64,000 nt of DNA from a virus (taxonomy: Duplodnaviria > Caudoviricetes): the IMG/VR virus record IMGVR_UViG_3300032007_000027. One strand, written 5' to 3'. Numbering within the stretch: the first letter of the stretch is position 1; the number at the start of each line of letters is the position of its first letter. The position numbers and the translations under genes were made by a program. The notes beneath the pieces were generated by a model. It saw only the letters and a list, made by a program, of their open reading frames with translations, was not told the DNA's origin and made no database searches. Of this stretch, positions 17,398 through 27,852 are shown piece after piece.

Positions 17398-17763
17398 ATG
17401 TTAAGAAGAAGAAGACCTTTAAGGGAAAATGATCAAATTTCAACCCTCAAAACAATCAAAAATGCTTTGAATGCTGATATTGATAGATCAAAGAATCTTG
17501 ATAAGATTGTTAAAGTTATCAATACTTATTGTAAAGCATCAAAAGCATTACCAGCACTTAAACAAAATCATGATGGCGATTATATGTTTACAGTTGATTA
17601 TGCTGAATATAATAATTATTATGATAATTTCAAGGATAACTTGAAAGCATTTATCAATGATTTGATTGATTCAGCGATTTCCGATTGCAGAAAAGGTGAT
17701 GAGCAGACTGCAGATGATTTTATCTATTGGATATCATCAACCAGAATGTACGGTAAGTTTTAA
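17398..17763 (+). CDS. hypothetical protein, candidate internal head protein
   Basis: MLRRRRPLRE N-terminus. Confidence 0.65.
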   Translation: MLRRRRPLRENDQISTLKTIKNALNADIDRSKNLDKIVKVINTYCKASKALPALKQNHDGDYMFTVDYAEYNNYYDNFKDNLKAFINDLIDSAISDCRKGDEQTADDFIYWISSTRMYGKF

Positions 17764-17797
17764 GTTTTGAAAGCTGTCCCTTTTAAGGGACAGTTTT

Positions 17798-18031
17798 TTA
17801 AAATAAATAATCACCGTCATGTGAACGCAATTTAAAGAATACGTTTTTGCCGTTTTTAACGACCTTAACTACATCATTCTTTTTTAATGATTCCCAGAAC
17901 ACCATCTTTTTAAGTTCATCAAACCTCATTGACATACTGTATAGATATGATATTTTCATATATTTGTCATAGAGCATCCAAGTTATTCTATCATCATGTT
18001 CGAGGTTTTCTGAATAGTGTTCTAGATCCAT
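17798..18031 (-). CDS. hypothetical protein
   Basis: Coupled to gp53. Confidence 0.6.
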   Translation of the reverse strand: MDLEHYSENLEHDDRITWMLYDKYMKISYLYSMSMRFDELKKMVFWESLKKNDVVKVVKNGKNVFFKLRSHDGDYLF

Positions 18032-18035
18032 TTAG

Positions 18036-18638
18036 TTAATCTCCGTGTTCATATGACTGTAATTCAAGTACTTCCTGATGGGTAGTAATTAAATCTTTTA
18101 AATCATTGATTATCTTATAAAGATACTGCGGTTTAGCAACTTTCAAGAACAATCTGTAAGAATTTAACTGATTATACTTGTACCCTAGGAATATTTTTAA
18201 TCTTTGATAAGGTCCTAGCCGCCTTTGCCGTTTAAGTTCATCAGGATTGCTTAAACGGTTTTGATTGTATATTTCAGGCTCTATAGTAAAGGCATTGAAT
18301 GCAGTACCTTGATTAAACAGTTTAATATTGTATTCTTCTAGGTCACTGTTTATATCATTGATGATTTTATCATTTGAGTATGGAATATCATCAAGAAGAT
18401 TCCTATAGTTTAATAATAGTATTAAATCATAGTAATCTTCTGATTTATAATAAGAATATAAAACGCTTTCAATAGTTTGATCTACCCCGATTTTAACATA
18501 TTCAAACCATGATTCATCTATGTTATCGAGGTAGTTATGCAAGGTATCAATATCAATACTTGAATACTGCTTGATACTGAATATCTTTTTAAGTGTTTCA
18601 TATTCAAATGAATTGAATGTTAAATTTGCTGCTTTCAT
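18036..18638 (-). CDS. baseplate wedge protein (T4 gp53-like)
   Basis: LysM-like ESVLYSYYKSEDYYDLILLLN. Confidence 0.7.
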   Translation of the reverse strand: MKAANLTFNSFEYETLKKIFSIKQYSSIDIDTLHNYLDNIDESWFEYVKIGVDQTIESVLYSYYKSEDYYDLILLLNYRNLLDDIPYSNDKIINDINSDLEEYNIKLFNQGTAFNAFTIEPEIYNQNRLSNPDELKRQRRLGPYQRLKIFLGYKYNQLNSYRLFLKVAKPQYLYKIINDLKDLITTHQEVLELQSYEHGD

Positions 18639-19633
18639 TACATGTTGTTCAGTTTAAATTTAATAATCATCGGATCATTCTGTGAATGTGCCGGATTCAA
18701 TACAATTCCATATCTATTGAATAAGAAAATCTTCTGCTCTGCAGTTTCATAAGCAACGGCAGTTCTAATGCTTTCCTGATATGCACCAAAAATACCGCAT
18801 GAACAAGCCGGATTCAATCTTGAACGTAATGCAACATATACATAATCATCGTTGATATCAGGATTGATATAGTAATCGGTTAAGATTTCCCTAGCAACTC
18901 TATAGGTACTGATAATAGGGGTATTATCAAGTTTATGCTGCTGATCGCTCACAATAGAGTTGATATAGTCCAGACCGGAAACAGCACCGCATGTGATGTA
19001 CGGAACAATCGCAAATGCTTCAAAGGTTCTTTGATGTTTCATATTCATTTCAAATACATACTGCTGAATACGTTTTGAAAGTTCAAAATGAATAAGTTCC
19101 GAATTCTGCGGCTCTGTAAATGTCAATGGATTCTTTACAAGGGCATTTGAACTTAAAAAGTTTATAAAGGTCTGATTTTCTTCAGCATTTGCTTTATCTC
19201 TTAAAAAGTTTGCAATCAGCTTGATTCCATCAAGACCGTGTACGGAAAACATGTCCTGCAATGCTTCTAAAGTTACAGATACACTTTTAACCGGTGTTTC
19301 CTGTGCTGTTATACCACGTTTAACAATCTCAATTCCGGTATCATCGCTTTTCGGCTGAATGGTGAAAAAGAAGTTTGTATTACCAACCATGTTGGTGATA
19401 TTCAAAGCATCTCTGGCTATTGACGGTATACCGCGTTCCATATAATAAGAAAGTAAAATCTCATTTAAGGAATTCTCGGTGTTTGCAATATCTGCGGTGG
19501 TAGTACCGCCCATCGGTGCATATTCTTCATGAATAAAACGATATGCTTTTTGAAGTAGTTCCATTGAATTACGGGAATTGTTCTTCATTAACAATTCTTT
19601 GTATTCTTTTTCTAATTCTGATGTATTAATCAT
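18638..19633 (-). CDS. gp23/gp24-family capsid paralogue
   Basis: C-terminal NRYGIVLNP; EALQD....HG motif. Confidence 0.7.
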   Translation of the reverse strand: MINTSELEKEYKELLMKNNSRNSMELLQKAYRFIHEEYAPMGGTTTADIANTENSLNEILLSYYMERGIPSIARDALNITNMVGNTNFFFTIQPKSDDTGIEIVKRGITAQETPVKSVSVTLEALQDMFSVHGLDGIKLIANFLRDKANAEENQTFINFLSSNALVKNPLTFTEPQNSELIHFELSKRIQQYVFEMNMKHQRTFEAFAIVPYITCGAVSGLDYINSIVSDQQHKLDNTPIISTYRVAREILTDYYINPDINDDYVYVALRSRLNPACSCGIFGAYQESIRTAVAYETAEQKIFLFNRYGIVLNPAHSQNDPMIIKFKLNNM

Positions 19634-19667
19634 TATATAAATCCTTTTTTTATATATATTTATACTT

Positions 19668-21059
19668 TTAAAAAATTACAGCACGGTTGATAGCTGATTT
19701 CACAAAGTTTTTAACTGCATCTACTTCATTAAGTGTTTCTCTAATCGGCTGTGCAATCATTTCAACGGTACTTCTTGCTTCATTGATAGTTTCCCTAATC
19801 GGTACTAAAGATTCTTTAACACTTTTAGTTACCTCGGTGATGTTAGCTTTAGCAGATTTAAGGGTATCATTAACATTCATAGTTGCAGTATCAAGCAATC
19901 CGTCTTTCTTGCCATCGGCATTTGGTGGAATGAGATTTGCGGATTTCATATTTCCGGCAACATTTGCTGACATCGGAACATTCTCCGGCAAAGATTCATT
20001 CTTTGTTCTTAAGATTTGATCTTTCTTAGTATCAAAACTCATACTTGCAGTAGTATTGTTGCTTTGTGTTTCAAGATTTGCCGTTGCATATTTATCATAA
20101 AACTGTAAATCCATTTCAGCAAATGATAAAGATAATGAAATCATCTTAGGCATACCATCCTCAAAAGTATCATATTTACCGTTGCTGTACTGTACCGATA
20201 CGTCAGTACATGCACATGTATAAATCTGTGATAACTCTCGTACACGGTCATTAAACATTACAATATGCCATACATAAGGTGACATTTGAAATGGACTGAA
20301 GTTTTTATTAACATAATCCCATGCTTTACTGCCATAATGTAACGTTTTATCAAGCCAGTCACCCGATGCTGAACCGTATTTTTGGCTTTCTGAATCCATT
20401 CCAGACTGTAATGCTGATTTATATTCTGCATTGTCCATATCCATCTGTAACTGTTTTTCATCACTTGAATCCCAGTGCAATCCCTTTTGAGGTGATGAAT
20501 ACTGTTTAAAAGCCTGAACAATTTTAGTAATCTGCAAGGCTTCATCAGAGTTCTTAGGAATGAAATCATAACTGAAATTAAAGTTTCTTAATCCAGAGCC
20601 GGTATAATTCTGAAAGTACCCCGGATTTAACATAGGTTTTCTAACCCCTAATGCATCCGATGCAACACTTGCAATCTCATTGATTTTTCCAAGAATGTTA
20701 AATCTCATACCCATGCCGGAACTGGTTTTTTGGGTTGGTGCATTTGTTGATGGTGCTTCTGCACCGCCAAAACTGACAACATCTAATAATGCACTCTTAT
20801 AGTCTGTTTCAGACCAGTTATGTCTTTGATCGTCCTGCAAAGAATTAGGCATTGGCAAGGTTATCAGGCATCTTGCTTCTTCTGAGCCGTCACCTTGAAA
20901 GGTATTATTCTTTGTATCGTAATAATATTTGCCACGGTCAACTAAAGATTGACCGTTTATAGCCATAAAAATTATCTTACGGTTCTTATAAAAGGCATTG
21001 TCTGAATTTGCAATCCCCTTGGGATATTGCAGCATTGTAATATATTGCATAGCTTTCAA
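19668..21059 (-). CDS. baseplate tail-tube cap (T4 gp48-like)
   Basis: NP....Y.G..LRNFNFSYDFIPKNSDEA..I motif. Confidence 0.8.
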   Translation of the reverse strand: MKAMQYITMLQYPKGIANSDNAFYKNRKIIFMAINGQSLVDRGKYYYDTKNNTFQGDGSEEARCLITLPMPNSLQDDQRHNWSETDYKSALLDVVSFGGAEAPSTNAPTQKTSSGMGMRFNILGKINEIASVASDALGVRKPMLNPGYFQNYTGSGLRNFNFSYDFIPKNSDEALQITKIVQAFKQYSSPQKGLHWDSSDEKQLQMDMDNAEYKSALQSGMDSESQKYGSASGDWLDKTLHYGSKAWDYVNKNFSPFQMSPYVWHIVMFNDRVRELSQIYTCACTDVSVQYSNGKYDTFEDGMPKMISLSLSFAEMDLQFYDKYATANLETQSNNTTASMSFDTKKDQILRTKNESLPENVPMSANVAGNMKSANLIPPNADGKKDGLLDTATMNVNDTLKSAKANITEVTKSVKESLVPIRETINEARSTVEMIAQPIRETLNEVDAVKNFVKSAINRAVIF

Positions 21060-21101
21060 CCGGAAATGTTAACATCATCAGATATATTTATATTTTTGAG
21101 T

Positions 21102-21640
21102 TCAAAGTATGCATAAACTATTGAGGTTTGGGGAAAGTTTATTAACAGTTTGAGGGGGTTTTGATTACTTTTTAACCGATTGTATGAGCCTAGAACACAG
21201 TTCTTGATGGTTACAGACCTTAAAACATGCTCAAAATGCATATAAACTATTTGGATTTGGTAAAAGTTTATTAACAGTTTGAGGGGTTTTGTTTACTTTT
21301 TAACCACTTGTAAACCTTTAGAACGAGGTTCTTTCATGGTACAGTATCCTAAAACATGCTCAAAGTGCTAATAAACTATTTGAGTTTATGGAAAGTTTAT
21401 TACATGTTTGGGGACTTTTGATTACTTTTTAATCAGTTGTAACCTTATAGAACGAGGTTCTTGACTGTTACAGACCCATAAAACCCCTCAAAATGCATAT
21501 AAACTATTCGAGAATTGCAAAAGTTTATTGCTAGTTTGAGGGGTTTTTTGAAGTTTTGTTGATTTTTTGGGGTAGTTTTGATGGTTCTTGAACTGGTTCA
21601 AAACCTATAAGATTGCTTTTGAAACACTCTGTAATGCATG
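21102..21640 (+). repeat. array A of the ~128-bp repeat (3 units, a partial unit and a terminal segment)
   Basis: Units start ~21102, 21231, 21360, 21488. Confidence 0.9.
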
Positions 21641-21723
21641 AAAATAAAAATTTTTTTGATAAATATGTATATATAATAACTATAATAAATTAATAAAAAT
21701 CTTATATAAAAAGGAATAAAATT

Positions 21724-22576
21724 ATGATTTTAACCGAAAATGGCGTTCTAAAATTGATGCAACGCATCAAAAGTTTTATTACATCTCAACTAAATACAAA
21801 AGCAGCTAGTGTTCATACCCATACTTTATCTGAAATAGATGATTTATCAAACCTATCCATGGGGGGGGTATATTCTAAATCAGAAGTAAATACCCTTTTA
21901 AATGACTATATCCCTAAAGTGGGGGGGGGTGATTAGTGGAAATGTTCTAGGACGTATTTCATCGGCAAGTTATTTACATCTATGTGGCGGAACTGGTTTT
22001 GGTGAAGGTGCAGTAGTTGCACTTAATGGAAAAGGAACTACATCTGATTATGCTGGTGTAGTTACAATATCTCTTAATGATGGTTCACGGTCAAAAAGCA
22101 TGAACATTAAACCTGATGGGACTTGGACATGGAATGGCACAGCTTGCCAAATCACATCAGACCAACGTTTAAAACAACAAATCACTCAAATAGATAACGC
22201 ATTATTAGATGCATGGGAAGATGTAACCCCATGCCAATTCAAATATAATGATGCTGTCAATGAAAAAGGCAATGCAGCTAGACTTCATACAGGATATGTA
22301 GTTCAACAAATCGATACAGCTTGTAAATCTCATAACATTGATATATCTGAATATGGCTTATACTGCCATGAAGAATACCCTCAGGAAACAGAGGAAGTTG
22401 AAGTCAAGCAAGATGATGGTACAATCAAGAAAGAAACTAAAGTCATAAGAGAAGCATCTGAGCATTATTCATTACGCTATACTGAAACTTTAGTGGTTGA
22501 ATGCGCTTACTTAAGAAGAGAAAACTCTCGTTTAAAAGAACGTTTAAGCAAGATTGAAAATCTTCTAAACATATAA
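21724..22576 (+). CDS. tail fibre / RBP 1 with C-terminal S74 chaperone, frameshifted at G9
   Basis: G8 (21861-68) in frame, G9 (21921-29) out of frame; TSDQRLK motif; G8 at the second tract would give 283 aa. Confidence 0.8.
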
Positions 22577-22615
22577 ATGAACTGTCACTAAAAATATGAC
22601 AGTTCTTAACACTTT

Positions 22616-25558
22616 TTAAACTTTTGTATATTTTGAACCTTTATCTGACAATGTAACAAGAATATTATTGTCAGATAATTGTTCATTATTCATTCCATGA
22701 ATGATTAAGAACACTTTATCAACTTTCATATCATTTATAATATCAATGCCGGTATAAACTGCATCGGAACTGAAATATTTAAATGTTTCATCCATAAACA
22801 ACACAGATACAGAGCCTAAAGAATTTGTTATACCTTTTAAGAATCTTAAATCCGCCTGCAATCTCTGACCGCCGGAAAGCATGGTATAATCAACGTATTT
22901 GTTATACTCTTTCACAAACAGTTTAATATTTAAGGTAGGTTTCAAAGAGCCGTTTTGCATTGTATGAACGGTTTCAACCTGTAAAAGTTCATCTGTATTA
23001 AGGTATTCTGAAACACGCTGCAATAATGATGCAACCAGCAAGCCTTTATCACTTAAAATTTTGGTATTAAATTTAGATAATTCATCAATAACATTCTTTT
23101 GATCAAGAATATCAGCTTTTAAACTATCTAATTCAATGTTTAAATTTTTTATTTTTTCATTATTATATATAATAGTATTATATATTTCATTATTAATTTT
23201 CGCAATTCCGATTTTTTGATTGAACTCATTCATTTCATTTTGAACATTTTGAATCTGCAGATCTAAATCTGCAATATTCCCATGCATAGCCGCAATATTG
23301 ATTTTCAAGGATTCTGTATCATCTTTCTTCAATCTGATTGAGGTAATAAGATTGTTTTCAAGGGTGTATTCAAAATCAGAAAGTTTTTCAAAGTTTGCTT
23401 TCAAACCCTCTTTGAGTTCAAGAATTTTATTCTCATTCATAAGAATAGTATTCTTAATATTCATTATCTTATTGTTTGAATCAATAATCCTGTTATTCTC
23501 AATAATTCTTGTTTGTTCATTCTGTTTCAAAGTTTTGAAATTTTCAAGTTCAGAATTAAGCTTGTTTATACCCTCTTTAAGTACTGTAATCTTATAATCA
23601 AGGTTATCAATATGCCATGGCTGTTTACATGTAGGGCAAATATCAGGATGATTTACAAGTGAATTAAGTTTATCATTACCAAGACTGATTTTATTAGAAA
23701 GTTCTAAAATCTTTGTATCGTATTCTGCAATCTTAGCATATACATCATCAATCTTTACAGTTTCTTTAAGTTCTAACGGCTGGGTGGAAAGCCTTTGATT
23801 TTCTTCCTTTAACTCTGTAATCTTTTTAAGGGCATTGTTAATAACAATAATAAGACTTTCAGCATTTTTCTTCTTGTTTTCAATGCTGATAATTTCACTG
23901 TTTGCCTTGATAATGTCATTGTTCAAAGATGTTTTAACATCATTGAATGTTTTAATTTTTTCATTACACTTTTCAATATTTGACTGCAAGGAAGTTAGAT
24001 CTATAAAGGTACTGTGTTCCTGATTACTTGCATTGTACTCAGTTAATGAGTTCAACTGTGTTTCAAGCTTTGTTATTGATATGTTCTTTTCTGCTGTATT
24101 ATCGTTTAATTCTTTAATCTTACTTGAAAGATTATCAGTCCATAATTTGATAGTATTCAAACCAATCAGCTTGCTTAAAAATGATACACGGTTTGTATCA
24201 CTCATATCAGAGAATATACCGGTGGAACTCTGTTTAATGTAGATTAAATTCCAGAAGTCAAGGAAACCAAGTTCTTCCTCTAAATCTTTCTGCAAATCAT
24301 TTTTCTTGTTGGATTCAACGTATTTTCCGTCTTTGCTGTATTGCAGAGTTGATAAGGTTCTTTCAATAAGGTATTGACTTCCTTTATACTCAAAACTTAA
24401 AGAGCCGGAAAATTTATCAGTATAAACGCTTTGATAATCACTCTTATTATAACCGCTTAACTTGCCGAAAAACATAAATTCAACAAGGTTGAACAAAGTA
24501 CTCTTTCCAGCACCGATTTCGCCTTTAATGGTGGTTAAACCTTTGTATTCATTAAAGTTAAATTCAAGTTCTTTAATAGATAAGAAGTTCTTACATTTAA
24601 GTGTATTCAAAGTTATTCTTAAATCAGGAACACTTGATTGTATAGTGCAGTCTGAAATAACTGTATTAACAATTGATTTTGATTTATCAGAAAGATTTTC
24701 GGTAAACTGATTTATAACATTCTTAGGATCAATATCTAAATCTGAGATAGAAACGTTTTTGAGTTCATCATCAAGTTTAACTTCCTTAACCTTTACTACT
24801 GCATCTTGATTATTGTCGGTAGCGGTCTGCTGCATTTCCTTTGCTTCATCATCGCTTTCAGCATACTTGAATTCAAGAAACATTCCTTGAGTTGAAATTC
24901 TTGTTAATGTATCGCTATCTAAATCATACAATACAAATCCCACATCCGGGGAATCCGAGAAAGAATGCATCAACGGTGTTCCAAGTGATACCAGATTGTC
25001 TATACATTTATAGATATGGATATGACCGCAGAAAACCTTTTTATAACCTTTACAATCAATATAATGCTCACTGAACGGACTCAAAGATTTATGAGCATCA
25101 CCGTGACATACAAGATAATCCGCATCTTTTCTCTCAAAATTGTTCGGAGTCCATGAATGAAAATAAACTTTTTTATTATTGATCTCTATTATATTATCAT
25201 TATAGATATTAATATTGTTTACATCATCTAATAATGAAATCAATGTATAGTTATTGTATTCAAGAATATCTGTTTTATCAGTCCTTACCACTAAATCGTG
25301 GTTTCCAAGAACAAGTCTTATGATTGCATTGCTGGCAATATCTTTTAAGAAGTTCTTAACAACTGCCATAACCTGTGGGGTACTTTGTGCTGTTAAGAGC
25401 AAATCACCGGCAATCCATACCTCTTTTACATTATTCTTTTGTATTGTATCTATAATAACATCTTTAAGTTTTAAAAACTGATTGAGTCTGAAATCATTCT
25501 GATTATAGTTCCGGTATATACCGATATGAATATCTGATAAAACGAGTACATTAAACAT
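22616..25558 (-). CDS. fused gp47-gp46 (Mre11/SbcD plus Rad50/SbcC) recombination nuclease
   Basis: SDIH, GDL, GNHD, GHIH then GEIGAGKST, CPTC, LSGGQ, MDE in one ORF; ATG at 25558 has an RBS. Confidence 0.88.
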   Translation of the reverse strand: MFNVLVLSDIHIGIYRNYNQNDFRLNQFLKLKDVIIDTIQKNNVKEVWIAGDLLLTAQSTPQVMAVVKNFLKDIASNAIIRLVLGNHDLVVRTDKTDILEYNNYTLISLLDDVNNINIYNDNIIEINNKKVYFHSWTPNNFERKDADYLVCHGDAHKSLSPFSEHYIDCKGYKKVFCGHIHIYKCIDNLVSLGTPLMHSFSDSPDVGFVLYDLDSDTLTRISTQGMFLEFKYAESDDEAKEMQQTATDNNQDAVVKVKEVKLDDELKNVSISDLDIDPKNVINQFTENLSDKSKSIVNTVISDCTIQSSVPDLRITLNTLKCKNFLSIKELEFNFNEYKGLTTIKGEIGAGKSTLFNLVEFMFFGKLSGYNKSDYQSVYTDKFSGSLSFEYKGSQYLIERTLSTLQYSKDGKYVESNKKNDLQKDLEEELGFLDFWNLIYIKQSSTGIFSDMSDTNRVSFLSKLIGLNTIKLWTDNLSSKIKELNDNTAEKNISITKLETQLNSLTEYNASNQEHSTFIDLTSLQSNIEKCNEKIKTFNDVKTSLNNDIIKANSEIISIENKKKNAESLIIVINNALKKITELKEENQRLSTQPLELKETVKIDDVYAKIAEYDTKILELSNKISLGNDKLNSLVNHPDICPTCKQPWHIDNLDYKITVLKEGINKLNSELENFKTLKQNEQTRIIENNRIIDSNNKIMNIKNTILMNENKILELKEGLKANFEKLSDFEYTLENNLITSIRLKKDDTESLKINIAAMHGNIADLDLQIQNVQNEMNEFNQKIGIAKINNEIYNTIIYNNEKIKNLNIELDSLKADILDQKNVIDELSKFNTKILSDKGLLVASLLQRVSEYLNTDELLQVETVHTMQNGSLKPTLNIKLFVKEYNKYVDYTMLSGGQRLQADLRFLKGITNSLGSVSVLFMDETFKYFSSDAVYTGIDIINDMKVDKVFLIIHGMNNEQLSDNNILVTLSDKGSKYTKV

Positions 25559-25634
25559 TGAAACTTCCCTTATTTTGATAATATTTTTTGTATTGTACAA
25601 AAACATTATGCAGACTTCAAGTTGTTTTATGCTT

Positions 25635-26400
25635 TCAAAATGATGATAAACTATTTGAGTTTTAGGAAAGTTTATTAGCACTTTGATGGGGGTTTCCAGT
25701 AGTTCTTTATAGACTTAGACTTTAAAACATGCTCAAAATGATAATAAACTATTTCGATTTTGGGAAAGTTTATTAACAGTTTGAAAGGGTTTGGTTACTT
25801 TTTAACCGTTTGTAAGGTACTAGAACACAGTTCTTGATGGTTACAGATCTTAAAACATGCTCAAAAATGCAAATAAACTATTGAGGTTTTGGAATAGTTT
25901 ATTAGCAGTTTGGGGGATTTGTTTACTTTTTAACCGTTTGTAAGGTACTAGAACACAGTTCTTGATGGTTACAGACCTTAAAACATGCTCAAACTGTGCA
26001 TAAACTATTGAGGTTTTGAAATAGTTTATTAACAGTTTGAGGGGTTTTGATTACTTTTTAACCGTTTGCAAGGTACTAGAACACGGTTCTTGATGGTTAC
26101 AGACCTTAAAACATGCTCAAACTGTGCATAAACTATTGAGGTTTTGGAATAGTTTATTAGCAGTTTGAAAGGTTTTGATTACTTTTTAACCGTTTGTAAG
26201 GTACTAGAACTAAGTTCTTGATGGTTACAGAATCCTAAAAGTGGCTCAAAATGCTAATAAACTATTTGAGAATCGCAAAAGTTTATTAACAGTTTGAGCA
26301 TATTTTTGAAGTTTTGTTGATTTTGAATGCTGTTTTGAGGTCTTGAACCGGTTCAAAACTGTCAGAGTAACGATTTTGGAATCATTCAAATGAGCATGAA
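25635..26400 (+). repeat. array B of the ~128-bp repeat
   Basis: Units start ~25733, 25861, 25989, 26117, 26246, then the terminal segment. Confidence 0.9.
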
Positions 26401-26682
26401 AAAAAGCTATGTTGTAAAGGTGTATTGATATGAGTTTATAACATAGTTCACCCAAATTTTAACACACATTATAATCTGTAATTCTTTCTATCTCAGTTAA
26501 TCTTTAAACAATCATTTTGACTGTATATAAACATATTTATATATTTAACTCTATTATCATACCTGACATGTATTAACGTTTCTAAAAATATATTAGTGAT
26601 CTACTTCATACATATAGCTTCATTGCATTGATTTATAACATATATTATCGTATACTATTTATACATTCAAATGAGGTAAAGT

Positions 26683-27720
26683 ATGGAACTGTCAAATATG
26701 GTATCAATCCTTAAACAGATGTTTAAAAGTCTAAGTGCTGATGAACAGCAAAGCTTTTTAGACTCATTAAAGAATGAACCTAAAGACATTAAAGGATTTG
26801 AATCATTAAAACAAGCAGTAATCAAACACAATCCAAACCCGTTACCTGATAGATGTAACTGTCCTCATTGTCAAAGTACTCATGTTGTTAAAAACGGCAA
26901 TAGAAACGGTGTTCAAAGATTCATGTGTAAGGAATGTAATAGAACATTTACCTACAGTACCAATACTATAGTTTATAAAAGTTCTAAATCTATTGAAGTT
27001 TGGAAAAAATACTGTGAATGCTTTCTTAATAAGTTTCCGTTAAGAAAATGTGCATCTATATGTGGTATTAATCTTCATACCGCTTTTAATTGGAGACATA
27101 AAATCCTTGATGCACTTCAGAATATGCAGTCAAGTATTACTTTAAGAGGTATTGTAGAAACCGATGGTACTTATTATGCTTTAAGTTTTAAAGGTTCACA
27201 TGAAATGCCTAGAGAAACCCATAAACGTGGACATTCCGTGTCTACACGGGGTTTATCTAAAGAGATGGTTTGTGTTCCTTGCATGGTTAATCATTCCGGT
27301 TTTTCACTTGCTAAGATTTCAAGTTTAGGTAAACCGTCTTTAAATGATTTAGGAAAAGTAATAGACAATAGAATAGAAAAAGGTTCAGTATTTGTAACCG
27401 ATTCATTCAGAGGGTATCAAAAAGTTGCTAAAGATAATGATTTAACCCATATCAGAATTTTAAAAGGTAAATGAACCAACGGTTCATTTAATATATAGAC
27501 TGTAAACAGTTATCATTCACAGTTAAGACAAATGGTAGATCTCCATTTCAGAGAGGTTGCAACTAAATACCTTAACAACTATATTGTTTACAATAATTTT
27601 GTTAATATTGCTAAGAATACATTTGAGAATAAACTGAATAAGTTAGAAGATTTTGTGTTCAGCACAAAATGTTTAACCAGATGTTTATTGATTAAATTAA
27701 GACCGGCAGTGCCAGTATAA
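26683..27720 (+). pseudogene. IS1595-family DDE transposase with two in-frame stops
   Basis: CPHC...CKEC zinc ribbon, VETDGTY, VTDS, NSYHS, VATKYLNNY; TGA at 27472 and TAG at 27496. Confidence 0.88.
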
Positions 27721-27852
27721 CTTTTAGTTATAAATATAGATAAAATTACAAAATAAGGAATAGATTATGCACTCAATTACTCACTTACTTAGAAGCCTAG
27801 CTTCTTCAAGTATTTTTCCTAAGATAAATATAGCCATGAGAGGTATTTAATC

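Noticed and set aside
25559-25681. N-terminal extension of the gp47-46 ORF; ORFs 21056-21241 and 26246-26455
   Set aside because: They run through or from repeat arrays; the phosphoesterase begins at MFNVLVLSD with its own RBS
27472-27498. Stop-codon reassignment
   Set aside because: Both TGA and TAG occur in one decayed gene, both end normal genes elsewhere, and no suppressor tRNA is present
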